A stretch of 43,213 bases of DNA. Origin: a virus. Each line of letters opens with the position of its first letter. Position 1 is the first letter of the stretch. The position numbers were made by a program, and so were the translations under genes. The stretch lies in IMG/VR virus record IMGVR_UViG_3300009678_001574; one strand, given 5' to 3'. Shown here piece by piece: positions 18,024 through 26,867 of this stretch. The notes under the pieces were generated by a model. It searched no databases, had not been told where the DNA came from, and worked only from the letters and a program-made list of their open reading frames with translations.

Positions 18024-18887
18024 ATGGATAGTAAGTTTAATATAGGCGTAATAGGTTACGGATTTTTGGGAACTGCCGTAGTCCATGGTTTTGGTCTTCA
18101 CGCAAACATCAAGATCTATGATAAGTTTAAACAGGGCTTTGATACTATAGAAGACACTGTAACTCATAGCGATATGATGTTCTTTTGTCTTCCTACGCCG
18201 ATGTTTGCGGAAGACGGTTCTCAGGATATATCAGTATTGGAAAGGGCTGTGAGCGAAATACACGAGCTTGTTCCTGATGGCTCTAATAAGATAGCTATCA
18301 TTAAAAGCACTGTATTGCCAGGAACCAATAGAACCTTTCAGCAAAAATATCCAAAGCTTAAATTCGTAAGCTGTCCAGAATTTTTGACAGCACGTAATAA
18401 TCGTTTAGACTTTATTTGTGCTTCACGCAATATACTTGGTGGCGAAGCGGAATTCGTAGAAAAGGTTGATACCCTTTATAAGCATCGTTTTGGTAATTCT
18501 CTCCCAACTTATAAAACTACTTGGGAGGCAGCCGAGATGGTTAAATATACTGCTAACTGTTTCTTTGCAGTTAAGGTTAGTTATTTTAATTTCATATTTG
18601 ATATGTGCCAGAAACTTGGCCTGGAATACAATGAAGTTAAGGATATGGTATTGGCCGATGGACGTATTGGTCGCTCACACTGCGATGTTGGCGGCGGCGC
18701 TGGTGTATCAGATGGTAAGCGCGGGTTTGGGGGAAGCTGTTTTCCAAAAGACATGAATGCTTTAATATACTTTGCTAAAGAACTTGGTTTAGATCCAGAA
18801 ATATTAGAAGCTTCTTGGAGTCAGAACTTACAAAGTCGTCCAGAAAAAGATTGGGAAGTTATTCCTGGAGTGCTATCAAAAAAATGA
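18024..18887 (+). CDS. ugd: UDP-glucose/GDP-mannose 6-dehydrogenase family, short form lacking the C-terminal domain
   Basis: GYGFLG, CLPTP, IKSTVLPG, PEFL, AEMVKY..N, GFGGSCFPKD with the catalytic Cys. Confidence 0.88.
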   Translation: MDSKFNIGVIGYGFLGTAVVHGFGLHANIKIYDKFKQGFDTIEDTVTHSDMMFFCLPTPMFAEDGSQDISVLERAVSEIHELVPDGSNKIAIIKSTVLPGTNRTFQQKYPKLKFVSCPEFLTARNNRLDFICASRNILGGEAEFVEKVDTLYKHRFGNSLPTYKTTWEAAEMVKYTANCFFAVKVSYFNFIFDMCQKLGLEYNEVKDMVLADGRIGRSHCDVGGGAGVSDGKRGFGGSCFPKDMNALIYFAKELGLDPEILEASWSQNLQSRPEKDWEVIPGVLSKK

Positions 18888-19096
18888 AACACGTAGATGA
18901 TTTGGTTAAGGACATGTATCATTTTTTCATTGGCAGTAAGACTAATATAAGTGATCAACATTTCACAGCTTTTTTGTTCGCTGCTGCTGATAAAAATATA
19001 AAATTAGAAGATTGCCTGCGGGATAAGAAGCATTTAAGAAATGCGAGTATCGGACAACCAACAAAGAATAATAGACCTTCGTTTAAAAGTGTATAA
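18884..19096 (+). CDS. Hypothetical protein (70 aa)
   Basis: ATGA overlap with the ugd stop and a GGAG upstream. Start moved from 18815. Confidence 0.5.
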   Translation: MKHVDDLVKDMYHFFIGSKTNISDQHFTAFLFAAADKNIKLEDCLRDKKHLRNASIGQPTKNNRPSFKSV

Positions 19097-19101
19097 TAGA
19101 A

Positions 19102-19431
19102 ATGAGTGAGGCCAAAATGAACTACACACAAAAATCCTGGGGCTTTGAGTTAGTATGGGCCGATCAAGATGATTATTCTGGCCAAGTTTTGATAATTAAA
19201 CAGGGTGAGGCTACTCCCTTTATATATCACAAAACCAGAAATAAGACTATTTTTGTATTACAGGGCATTGTTAATTTGGAATTAGAAAATAGAACCAAGC
19301 TTTTAAATGAAGGCGAGCAATATAATATACCAGCAAAAATCATGCATAAAATAGTTGCTATAAAGGGCGACGCTACCATTTTAGAAGCCGGATCTAAATT
19401 GGTAGATGATATCGTAGAGGTTAAAAGATAA
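19102..19431 (+). CDS. Cupin domain protein (mannose-6-P isomerase type II C-terminal-like)
   Basis: KSWGFE, YHKTRNKT.FVLQG, GEQYNIPAKIMHKI. Confidence 0.75.
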   Translation: MSEAKMNYTQKSWGFELVWADQDDYSGQVLIIKQGEATPFIYHKTRNKTIFVLQGIVNLELENRTKLLNEGEQYNIPAKIMHKIVAIKGDATILEAGSKLVDDIVEVKR

Positions 19432-20468
19432 TGGAAGCCGAAATAACTTATTCCAAGCAAGTTTGTTTAGAAAGAGATTGTCGAAGATGCCGCCATTGTG
19501 GTACCACTGACGGTGTAGATGCTCACCGTTTAGTAGAACGTGAAGGTGCCTTGGGTTGGCACTTATCTAACCTGGTCACTTTGTGTAGCGCCTGTTATAA
19601 TGAGGCAGAAACGGTTAGAAAGAGTGGCAAAACTAATAGAGTGGGCGTTATCTTATGCGGTGGCAGAGGAACAAGATTATTTCCTCTAACTAAATACCAG
19701 AATAAACATACGCTTCCAGTAGGATTAATACCAATGATATTTTATCCTATTAAAACTCTGCGCAAGTTTGGAATTAAACGAGCTTTAATTGTAGTAGATC
19801 GTGAAGGAACTAATGCCACTATAGAAATGTTGGGCAGTGGCAAAGAATTTGGTATGGACTTTTCTTATAAGGTTCAAGAAGGCGCCGGGGGAATTTCTGA
19901 GGCTTTATATCTAGCTAAAGATTTCGCTAAACCAGGCGATGAAATAGTTGTAGTACTGGGCGATAATATCTTTGACTTAAACGAACTAGATTCTAATGTT
20001 GATTTAAAATATGACTACGATGAATACGAACCCCACAAAGACGAAATTCCAGATCCATTTTATAAGGCCTGTGTATATTTGAAAAAAGTTACTAACCCAT
20101 CTGCCTATGGTGTTGCTGTTCTAGAGCAATACGACAGTAAGACAAGGATTGTAACCAAGATAGTAGAGAAGCCAAAAGAGTTTATTAGTGATATGGCTGT
20201 TGTTGGTTTGTATCTATATACCTATGATGTATTTAATGTCATACGTTCGGTTAAGCCCAGTGATCGCGGCGAGTTAGAGATTAGTAGTGTTAATGACTAC
20301 TATGCTTCAAGGGGCCTTTTGTTAAGCAAAGAAGTAAAGGGCTATTGGGGTGATGCCGGTGGTTCTATACAAAGATACGCAGAATGTAGCATGCACGGCG
20401 CAAAAGAAGCAAAAGTATCAGCAAAAGAGATAGAAGAATTTAAAAATATAGTATTCGACGAGAAGTAA
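19431..20468 (+). CDS. rmlA: Glucose-1-phosphate thymidylyltransferase-like NTP transferase with an N-terminal degenerate HNH/Zn domain
   Basis: GGRGTRLFPLT…NKHTLPV, LGDN, YGVA, IVEKP, RGELEI. Residues 1-60 read LERD.RRCRHCG…DAHR…SNLVTLCSACYN. Confidence 0.88.
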   Translation: MEAEITYSKQVCLERDCRRCRHCGTTDGVDAHRLVEREGALGWHLSNLVTLCSACYNEAETVRKSGKTNRVGVILCGGRGTRLFPLTKYQNKHTLPVGLIPMIFYPIKTLRKFGIKRALIVVDREGTNATIEMLGSGKEFGMDFSYKVQEGAGGISEALYLAKDFAKPGDEIVVVLGDNIFDLNELDSNVDLKYDYDEYEPHKDEIPDPFYKACVYLKKVTNPSAYGVAVLEQYDSKTRIVTKIVEKPKEFISDMAVVGLYLYTYDVFNVIRSVKPSDRGELEISSVNDYYASRGLLLSKEVKGYWGDAGGSIQRYAECSMHGAKEAKVSAKEIEEFKNIVFDEK

Positions 20469-20687
20469 ATGTCTATCAGAAGAGAAGTGCGTAATTCGTA
20501 TCTTGCCTTACTGAAGACTGAAGGAAGAGCAATAGACGTAAAGGACTTAATAAGATTCTACGACGAATATGATGAGTTTAGAAATAGACTATTAGCAAAT
20601 CCAGCAGCACCGAGTTCTCTTAAAGTGCAATTGCCACCAATAAGAGTTCCGCAGTATGTTGAATGGATGAAGAAATTTTCTGGATAG
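20469..20687 (+). CDS. Hypothetical protein (72 aa)
   Basis: Fills the gap between rmlA and rmlB. Confidence 0.55.
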   Translation: MSIRREVRNSYLALLKTEGRAIDVKDLIRFYDEYDEFRNRLLANPAAPSSLKVQLPPIRVPQYVEWMKKFSG

Positions 20688-20695
20688 AGGTTAGG

Positions 20696-21640
20696 ATGAA
20701 GGTTTTAGTAACTGGAAGTTGTGGATTTATATTTTCCAACTTTGTTATATATGCACTACAAAATACTAAATGGGATATAGTAAGTGTAGATAAGCTTACC
20801 TACGCCGGCTCTCTCATGAATGTGCCACAAGTTAAACGACATAAGTTGTATATAGGCGACGTGTGTGATCTGCATCTGATGAAGAAGGTATTTGATATAG
20901 AAAGGCCTGACATAGTAATACATGGCGCGGCCGAATCTCATGTGGATAATTCAATTAATAGCGCAGGAGCTTTCGTATCCACCAATGCAGTTGGTACGTA
21001 TAGTATGTTGGAAGCAGCTCTACGAGTTCATACTCCACAAAAATTTATCAATATAAGTACTGATGAAGTTTATGGCAGCGTTGTAACGGGACACTCATTA
21101 GAAACTGATAGGCTTGAACCCCGAAGTCCTTATTCCAGCAGCAAAGCTTCAGCTGATTTATTAGGACAATCTTATTTCACAACTTATGGTTTGCCAGTTA
21201 TAACAACTCGATGCTCAAATAATTTTGGGCCAAGACAGCACGTAGAGAAATTTATACCCAAGGTAATCACAAACATATTTACTGATAAAAAAATACCTTT
21301 ATATGGTGATGGTAAAAATATGCGTGAGTGGATATATGTCAAAGACAACTATGATGCTTTGATTACCATCATAGAAAAGGGTGTTCCGGGCGAAGTATAC
21401 AACATTAGCTCTGGTCATGAAAAACAAAACATAGAAGTATTAGAAACAATCTTTACTATTATGGGAAAGGGCAAAGAGTTAGTTGAGCATGTCGAAGATC
21501 GTTTGGGCCATGACCGTAGGTATTCAGTAGATTGCAGTAAGTTAAGGGCCTTAGGTTGGAAGCCAGAATGTGGATTTGAAGAAGCCATATCACATACTGT
21601 TGGTTGGTATAGAAGTAATTCGTGGTTTTGGAAAAAATGA
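20696..21640 (+). CDS. rmlB: dTDP-glucose 4,6-dehydratase
   Basis: DKLTYAGS, AAESHVDNS, STDEVYG, YSSSK, RCSNNFGP, DRLGHDRRY. Start set at MKVLVTG after GAGG. Confidence 0.95.
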   Translation: MKVLVTGSCGFIFSNFVIYALQNTKWDIVSVDKLTYAGSLMNVPQVKRHKLYIGDVCDLHLMKKVFDIERPDIVIHGAAESHVDNSINSAGAFVSTNAVGTYSMLEAALRVHTPQKFINISTDEVYGSVVTGHSLETDRLEPRSPYSSSKASADLLGQSYFTTYGLPVITTRCSNNFGPRQHVEKFIPKVITNIFTDKKIPLYGDGKNMREWIYVKDNYDALITIIEKGVPGEVYNISSGHEKQNIEVLETIFTIMGKGKELVEHVEDRLGHDRRYSVDCSKLRALGWKPECGFEEAISHTVGWYRSNSWFWKK

Positions 21641-22356
21641 AACGCTATATATTATTGGGCGGCAGCGGCAGGCTAGGTACCGAATTACAAAAGCATTTAG
21701 ATTGTTGGGCGCCAGATAGTGACACTTTTAATATCACCGACTGTTATGATGATTGGATTGGAATGGATCCACGTAATTATGATGGTGTAATTCTTAGCGC
21801 AGCCTATACAAATGTTTCCGGATGTGAAACTCATCGCAAAGATGCTATAGAGGCAAATGTTATAGGCCCAAAGAATGTTGCTAAATTGTATGATGGGCAT
21901 TATCCAGAAATGAGAATAGTGTATATATCTACTGATTACGTATATGCAGGAAAGACAGGCAATTATAAAGAAACTGATAAGCCAGAGCCTTTTAACTTTT
22001 ATGGTTTTACTAAATTGGCAGGAGAATCATACATGTCTCCTACTAAAGACTTGGTAGTAAGAACAAGTTTTAAACCATTAGGTGATTGGCCGTTCCCATC
22101 AGCATTCACAGACTTGTATACTTCTGCTGATTACGTAGATGTAATAGCAAAAGATATCGCGTTTGTGATAGAAAGTGGAATTACTGGTGTGATTAATGTA
22201 GGCACTGAAAGAAAATCTATTTATGATTTAGCTGTCCAGCGTACACCGAGCGTTGGGAAGATGTCTAAAAGAGAAATCACGAGAGTAAATTTACCAGAAG
22301 ATATTTCTATGGATATAACAAAACTAATCGGATTAAAAAATGGAGAAATCAAATGA
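21637..22356 (+). CDS. rmlD: dTDP-4-dehydrorhamnose reductase-like
   Basis: GGSGRLG, AAYTNV, ISTDYVY.G, YGFTKLAGE; ATGA overlap with rmlB. Confidence 0.88.
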   Translation: MKRYILLGGSGRLGTELQKHLDCWAPDSDTFNITDCYDDWIGMDPRNYDGVILSAAYTNVSGCETHRKDAIEANVIGPKNVAKLYDGHYPEMRIVYISTDYVYAGKTGNYKETDKPEPFNFYGFTKLAGESYMSPTKDLVVRTSFKPLGDWPFPSAFTDLYTSADYVDVIAKDIAFVIESGITGVINVGTERKSIYDLAVQRTPSVGKMSKREITRVNLPEDISMDITKLIGLKNGEIK

Positions 22357-23777
22357 CAGAAGAGAATGAGAATCGAGTCGTTGTTTCTGAAACCGAAGAC
22401 AATGTTCGCAGGGTTAGAAATACGGTCGAAGTTAAACAAGAAAATGCAGAATTAGAGCAAGAGCTTCAGGCCAAACCACCTGTTAAAAAGGCTTCTGTTC
22501 AAGACATACTAAAAGAAAAAGAAGAGCTTAAGAAAAAGAAAAAAGCGGAGGAAGACATGACAGTTATGGTTGTAGAACAACAAGATAGAAGTGTAAACAT
22601 TGGAGTTGTCGGCGTAGGCCAATGTGGTTCTAAGTTGGCCGAAGAGTTTTATGGCTTAGGATATCCTGCTGTGGCTATCAATACCGCTATGCAGGATTTA
22701 AAGCACATTGCTATCCCAGAAGGCAGCAAGTTATTTTTGGATTACGCATTGGGTGGTGCAGCGAAAGACCTCGAAACAGGTAATGCCGCAGCTGAAGAAT
22801 ACGCAGAAGCAATTAGTGATCACGTACAAACTCATTTAGGTGAGTGTGACGTATTGATGCTTACTACGTCAGGCGGTGGTGGTACAGGTTCAGGCTCAGC
22901 AGAGACGATGGTGAAGTTGTTAGCCCAGTTAGGCAAGCCACTTTCGGTTATATTCGTATTGCCTTTGTCCAGCGAAGATGCATTATCCAAGCACAATGCC
23001 ATAGTAACTTTGTCTAAATTGGCAAAGATGGCCAAGGACGATGTAATCAACTCATTGGCCGTTGTAGATAACGCTAAGATTGAATTGATGTTCCCAAGTC
23101 GCAGTATGGCGGATTTCTGGAAGTTAGCTAATAACGCAATTGTAGAACCCCTACATTTGTTTAATAAGTTATCAGCTAATCCATCACCCTATACTTCTCT
23201 TGACCCAATGGATTTCTCAAGACTATTTATCGGTACAGGCGATTGCGCTTTGTACGGTGTGGTTGAAGTTGAGAACTATTTGGAAGATGAAGCTATAGCA
23301 GAAGCAATGCTAACCAGCGTAGAAAATGGTTTATTGGCAAGTGACTTCGACCTTGGACAAACTCGTTCAGCCGGTATCATTATCACTGGCACCAAGTCTG
23401 TCCTAGAGAAAGTTCCAGCAACTAATATCGAATACGGATTTGCTATGGTAAGCAAAATATGCAATGAGGGTACGAGAGTATTTCGAGGTGTGTATGAAGT
23501 TCCTGGCAAAGAAAACGTATTGCGTGTATATAGCTTCTTCAGTGGTTTAGGTTTGCCAGAAGAGCGCGTAAAAGAACTCAAGGCAGAAGCAGAGCGTCAT
23601 ATGGAAGTTCTGAAGAACAAGGAAGAAAGCAGAGCAACCACTATGACCATTGACATTGGTAAGACACAAACAGTCAGTGCCGCGGATGCTCTTCACAAGA
23701 AAATTACTCAAAAACACTCAGCAATGGGTAAGCTAACCAATAATGCTAAGAGAGTAATTGATAAGCGCAGAAAATAA
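22353..23777 (+). CDS. Tubulin/FtsZ-superfamily GTPase (PhuZ/TubZ/CetZ-like) with charged N- and C-terminal extensions
   Basis: GVGQCGSKL (T1), AINT, GGAAKD (T3), GGGGTGSG signature (T4), VDN, LDPMD (T7). Confidence 0.93.
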   Translation: MTEENENRVVVSETEDNVRRVRNTVEVKQENAELEQELQAKPPVKKASVQDILKEKEELKKKKKAEEDMTVMVVEQQDRSVNIGVVGVGQCGSKLAEEFYGLGYPAVAINTAMQDLKHIAIPEGSKLFLDYALGGAAKDLETGNAAAEEYAEAISDHVQTHLGECDVLMLTTSGGGGTGSGSAETMVKLLAQLGKPLSVIFVLPLSSEDALSKHNAIVTLSKLAKMAKDDVINSLAVVDNAKIELMFPSRSMADFWKLANNAIVEPLHLFNKLSANPSPYTSLDPMDFSRLFIGTGDCALYGVVEVENYLEDEAIAEAMLTSVENGLLASDFDLGQTRSAGIIITGTKSVLEKVPATNIEYGFAMVSKICNEGTRVFRGVYEVPGKENVLRVYSFFSGLGLPEERVKELKAEAERHMEVLKNKEESRATTMTIDIGKTQTVSAADALHKKITQKHSAMGKLTNNAKRVIDKRRK

Positions 23778-23793
23778 TTTTTATTCCCACCTA

Positions 23794-23827
23794 GAGGGCT
23801 GGATTCTTCCGGCCCTCGTTATTTTCT
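23794..23827 (+). terminator. Intrinsic terminator-like hairpin after the tubulin gene
   Basis: 10-bp stem GAGGGCTGGA/TCCGGCCCTC (one G-U), TTCT loop, then GTTATTTT. Confidence 0.75.
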
Positions 23828-23851
23828 AATCTAATATTCCAAAGGACTTTT

Positions 23852-25426
23852 ATGGTTGAAATTACTGTAAACAACATCTTTAGTCAGATTAAAGATCTAA
23901 ACGATCCAATAGCTGTTAAGATGTTAGACGCCAATCTCAGCTTTTATGTTCAAGGCTATCAATTCACCAAAGCCTATAAACAAGGATGGTGGGATCCAAC
24001 TAAGAATAGATGGCAACGTTGGGACGGAAAGACCCACTTACTAGATGATAAATTAAGGTTTCAAACTGGGCTATTAGAGAAAGCAAAAACTATTTTAGCC
24101 AATCGCGGGGTTAAATATACTATAGACGACCAGCGAGTGGAATCTAAATTTGGTAAAAAAATAAAGATAAAGAATGTGGAAGAGCGAGAATACCAAGCAC
24201 AAGTAGTCGAAGCTGCCATAAAGCATAAGGGCGGTATAATTAAGGCCGCCACTGGTTCTGGCAAGTCAGTAATGATTAATAATCTAATAGCCGAAAGTAA
24301 TGTAAAGACTATGGTATATGTTATTGGTATTGATTTATTATACCAGATGGCTGAAACCTTTGAAAAAATGCTGGGCACAGAAGTTGGTATCATAGGCGAT
24401 GGTAAGGCAGAAGTTAAAAAGATAAATGTTTGTACTGTTTGGACCGCAGCAAATGCTCTGGGAAACGAGTATGTTCCATTCGATGATGAAGAAAATTCTA
24501 AAAAAGAAAAGATAAATGAAAAAGACAAAGCAAAAATAGTTAAAGCCATCAAAGACTCTCAAATGATTATCTTTGATGAATGCCAAATGCTGGCCGCCAA
24601 GACCTTACAAATAATAAATAGCGCATCAGAAAATGCTTTTTATAAGTATGGCTTCAGTGGTACGCCATTTAGAGACGACGGAGCTGATCTATTGTTAGAG
24701 GCTGTTTGTGGTAAGGTTATAATAGAGATAACACCGTCAGAACTTATACATAGTGGTTATTTAGTTCAGCCCACTATTCACTTCGTAGATGTCCCAGAGT
24801 ACAACGGAAAGTTATCCGATGCCTACCCAACGGTGTATAAAGACTATATAGTAGATAACAAAGTTCGAAATGATAAGATAATAAGTATTGCAGAGAAGCT
24901 AATAAAAGTGAAACGAAGGGTTCTTATATTAGTTAAAACTATACGACATGGTGAATTACTGCTAGAAAAATTAAAGACAAAGAAAATGGTGGTATATTTC
25001 GTTAAGGGTGATTTAGACTCTGATGAGCGAAATAGAATACGACAAGAGTTTTTGAAAGGCGATATTGATGTAATTATCGCCTCGGCGGTGTATGATCAGG
25101 GAGTTGACTTGAAGAACCTAGACGCACTAATTTTGGCGGGTTCTGGTAAATCAACGGGCCGAGCTCTCCAAAGGATAGGAAGAGTTATTAGACCTAATAA
25201 GGGTAAGAAGAACGCGATAGTAATAGATTTTCTAGATAATGCCAAATATTTAACTGACCATTCTAAAAAAAGAATGGAAGTTTATAAAAGAGAGGGCGGA
25301 TTTATTATTAAATTGCCAAATAAGGATAGTAAGGATGATGACCAATCAAGCGACGAACCAAAAGAAAAAGAAAAGGCGAGTAAGCAATTGCCGCAGATCA
25401 GAAAACGAAATAAAGTGTCTTGGTAA
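23852..25426 (+). CDS. Superfamily 2 DNA helicase (UvsW/XPB-like)
   Basis: REYQ Q-motif, ATGSGKS, DECQ, SGTP, QGVD, QRIGRVIR. Confidence 0.93.
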   Translation: MVEITVNNIFSQIKDLNDPIAVKMLDANLSFYVQGYQFTKAYKQGWWDPTKNRWQRWDGKTHLLDDKLRFQTGLLEKAKTILANRGVKYTIDDQRVESKFGKKIKIKNVEEREYQAQVVEAAIKHKGGIIKAATGSGKSVMINNLIAESNVKTMVYVIGIDLLYQMAETFEKMLGTEVGIIGDGKAEVKKINVCTVWTAANALGNEYVPFDDEENSKKEKINEKDKAKIVKAIKDSQMIIFDECQMLAAKTLQIINSASENAFYKYGFSGTPFRDDGADLLLEAVCGKVIIEITPSELIHSGYLVQPTIHFVDVPEYNGKLSDAYPTVYKDYIVDNKVRNDKIISIAEKLIKVKRRVLILVKTIRHGELLLEKLKTKKMVVYFVKGDLDSDERNRIRQEFLKGDIDVIIASAVYDQGVDLKNLDALILAGSGKSTGRALQRIGRVIRPNKGKKNAIVIDFLDNAKYLTDHSKKRMEVYKREGGFIIKLPNKDSKDDDQSSDEPKEKEKASKQLPQIRKRNKVSW

Positions 25427-26084
25427 GTATGCTTTAGCATATGATAACAATGCACCCGTATTCGTTTGTGATACCTGCGGTGATCGTGAGCTTACTTGGA
25501 AGAAATTCTATGATGAATATCTTCAGCTCTTTAAGGTAAAAGAAAATTGGGATAGCGATAAAGATAAGGTTACCTGTGTTATAGGCTTCTTTTGTCATAT
25601 GTATAAAGAATTATATACGACTGACTACGTATTCGTTCCAAAGAATCCAAATCCATACAGTTCAAAAGAATGTAAGGATGCCTGGACTCTATTGGCAACT
25701 TTTAAGAATGATGCTCACGAGGCTCGTAAGTATATTTTTTGGTTATTCAAAAAAGTAATTCGGCAAGAAACTAATTTGTCTAGCTTCGGGTATCTCAATA
25801 CCCCAACTCTAATACGAAAATATAAAATACAGGCCGAGCGCAAAAATGTATATACCCGCTCTTCTAAATTACCAGAAACCTATATTCAATGGTGTAAAGA
25901 TAACATAGCTGGCATATTCGATAAGTACGCCCTAGATACTATGAATGATCTTGGCGCGCTTTATAGTTATGTAAAAGAGTATTCTGATGAATTAGGTAGT
26001 GAATCAATTGAACAGAAGGCTATATTACAGGCAGAGCAGTTTGAACTAATTAAGGACGGGAAATTAAAGGTAGGACTAATATGA
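25335..26084 (+). CDS. Hypothetical protein with N-terminal Cys cluster; candidate replication-associated factor
   Basis: 249-aa ORF overlapping the helicase tail by 92 nt; C-x8-C…CDTC; start uncertain. Confidence 0.65.
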   Translation: MMTNQATNQKKKKRRVSNCRRSENEIKCLGKYALAYDNNAPVFVCDTCGDRELTWKKFYDEYLQLFKVKENWDSDKDKVTCVIGFFCHMYKELYTTDYVFVPKNPNPYSSKECKDAWTLLATFKNDAHEARKYIFWLFKKVIRQETNLSSFGYLNTPTLIRKYKIQAERKNVYTRSSKLPETYIQWCKDNIAGIFDKYALDTMNDLGALYSYVKEYSDELGSESIEQKAILQAEQFELIKDGKLKVGLI

Positions 26085-26671
26085 AACACATCCAGGGCAA
26101 GTTTGTAAAAGCACATTTAAAGGGTAGAGATTTTCCAAGTATGGTTTCAGGAATTCTTATTGGTGTTGAGGATGAGCATGTTTATATTCAAAGTCATCCT
26201 GGTGAAGATGGACTGCTTGTTGTTCCACAGGAAAACATTAGATACTACCAAACATCAGAAGTTTCTTTTGCTGAAGACGAACCTACAACAATAGTTCAAT
26301 CAAAAGAACCTGAACCGCAAGGGCTTTCGGTATTTGTAGATAAAGAATTTGTAACAGCCATACCACTCCCACCCACTTTCGATTTAAGCGTTTGTACCGA
26401 TGATACGCTCCGAGTAGCTTGGGGTAATCCAGAAGTTAAAGCGGCACTGACAGGAAGAATACAAAAGAATATAGAATACTATCCTGGAGTTATAAAGTTT
26501 AACACTGATGCTGGCATTCCTGCTCCACCAATTGCGCCAGTATCAAGAGATAATAATACATTCTCGATGAGCGGAGCTGGTTCCCCAGCAACATCATTTT
26601 TAAGTCCTTCAGATATGGTAGCAAGATTAAGCAATCTAAAAAACAAAGGAAATAACAATGAGCAACAGTAG
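26081..26671 (+). CDS. Hypothetical protein with an Sm/LSm-like N-terminal domain
   Basis: GKFVKAHLKG…SGILIGVED…LVVPQENIRY resembles the Sm1/Sm2 pattern; AGGA SD. Confidence 0.6.
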   Translation: MKHIQGKFVKAHLKGRDFPSMVSGILIGVEDEHVYIQSHPGEDGLLVVPQENIRYYQTSEVSFAEDEPTTIVQSKEPEPQGLSVFVDKEFVTAIPLPPTFDLSVCTDDTLRVAWGNPEVKAALTGRIQKNIEYYPGVIKFNTDAGIPAPPIAPVSRDNNTFSMSGAGSPATSFLSPSDMVARLSNLKNKGNNNEQQ

Positions 26672-26867
26672 ACCAAAATGTGTAGGATGTTCTACTCCCA
26701 TTTGGGGTATTATCAAGATAGACACCTATAGACGAAAGTTGGGCAACAAGTCAAGAAACATGGTAGATAATTATTGTGAGACTTGCTTTAAAGGGCTGCA
26801 ACGCGAAAGAGCAATGGATGAGCATTCAAAAAAAGAAACAGTTAATAAAATCAAAACTCGTCGCTGA
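26658..26867 (+). CDS. Small Cys4 zinc-finger protein
   Basis: CVGC…CETC; AAGGA SD. Confidence 0.6.
   Translation: MSNSRPKCVGCSTPIWGIIKIDTYRRKLGNKSRNMVDNYCETCFKGLQRERAMDEHSKKETVNKIKTRR

Noticed and set aside
18466-18756. Alternative-frame + strand ORF inside ugd (likewise 37146-37352 inside the DAC gene)
   Set aside because: Nested in or largely overlapping conserved genes, with no motif or clear SD.
22353-23777. Calling this gene cellular ftsZ, or claiming a phage nucleus
   Set aside because: No dcw context or canonical FtsZ C-terminal peptide; no chimallin or multisubunit viral RNA polymerase is recognisable in the window.
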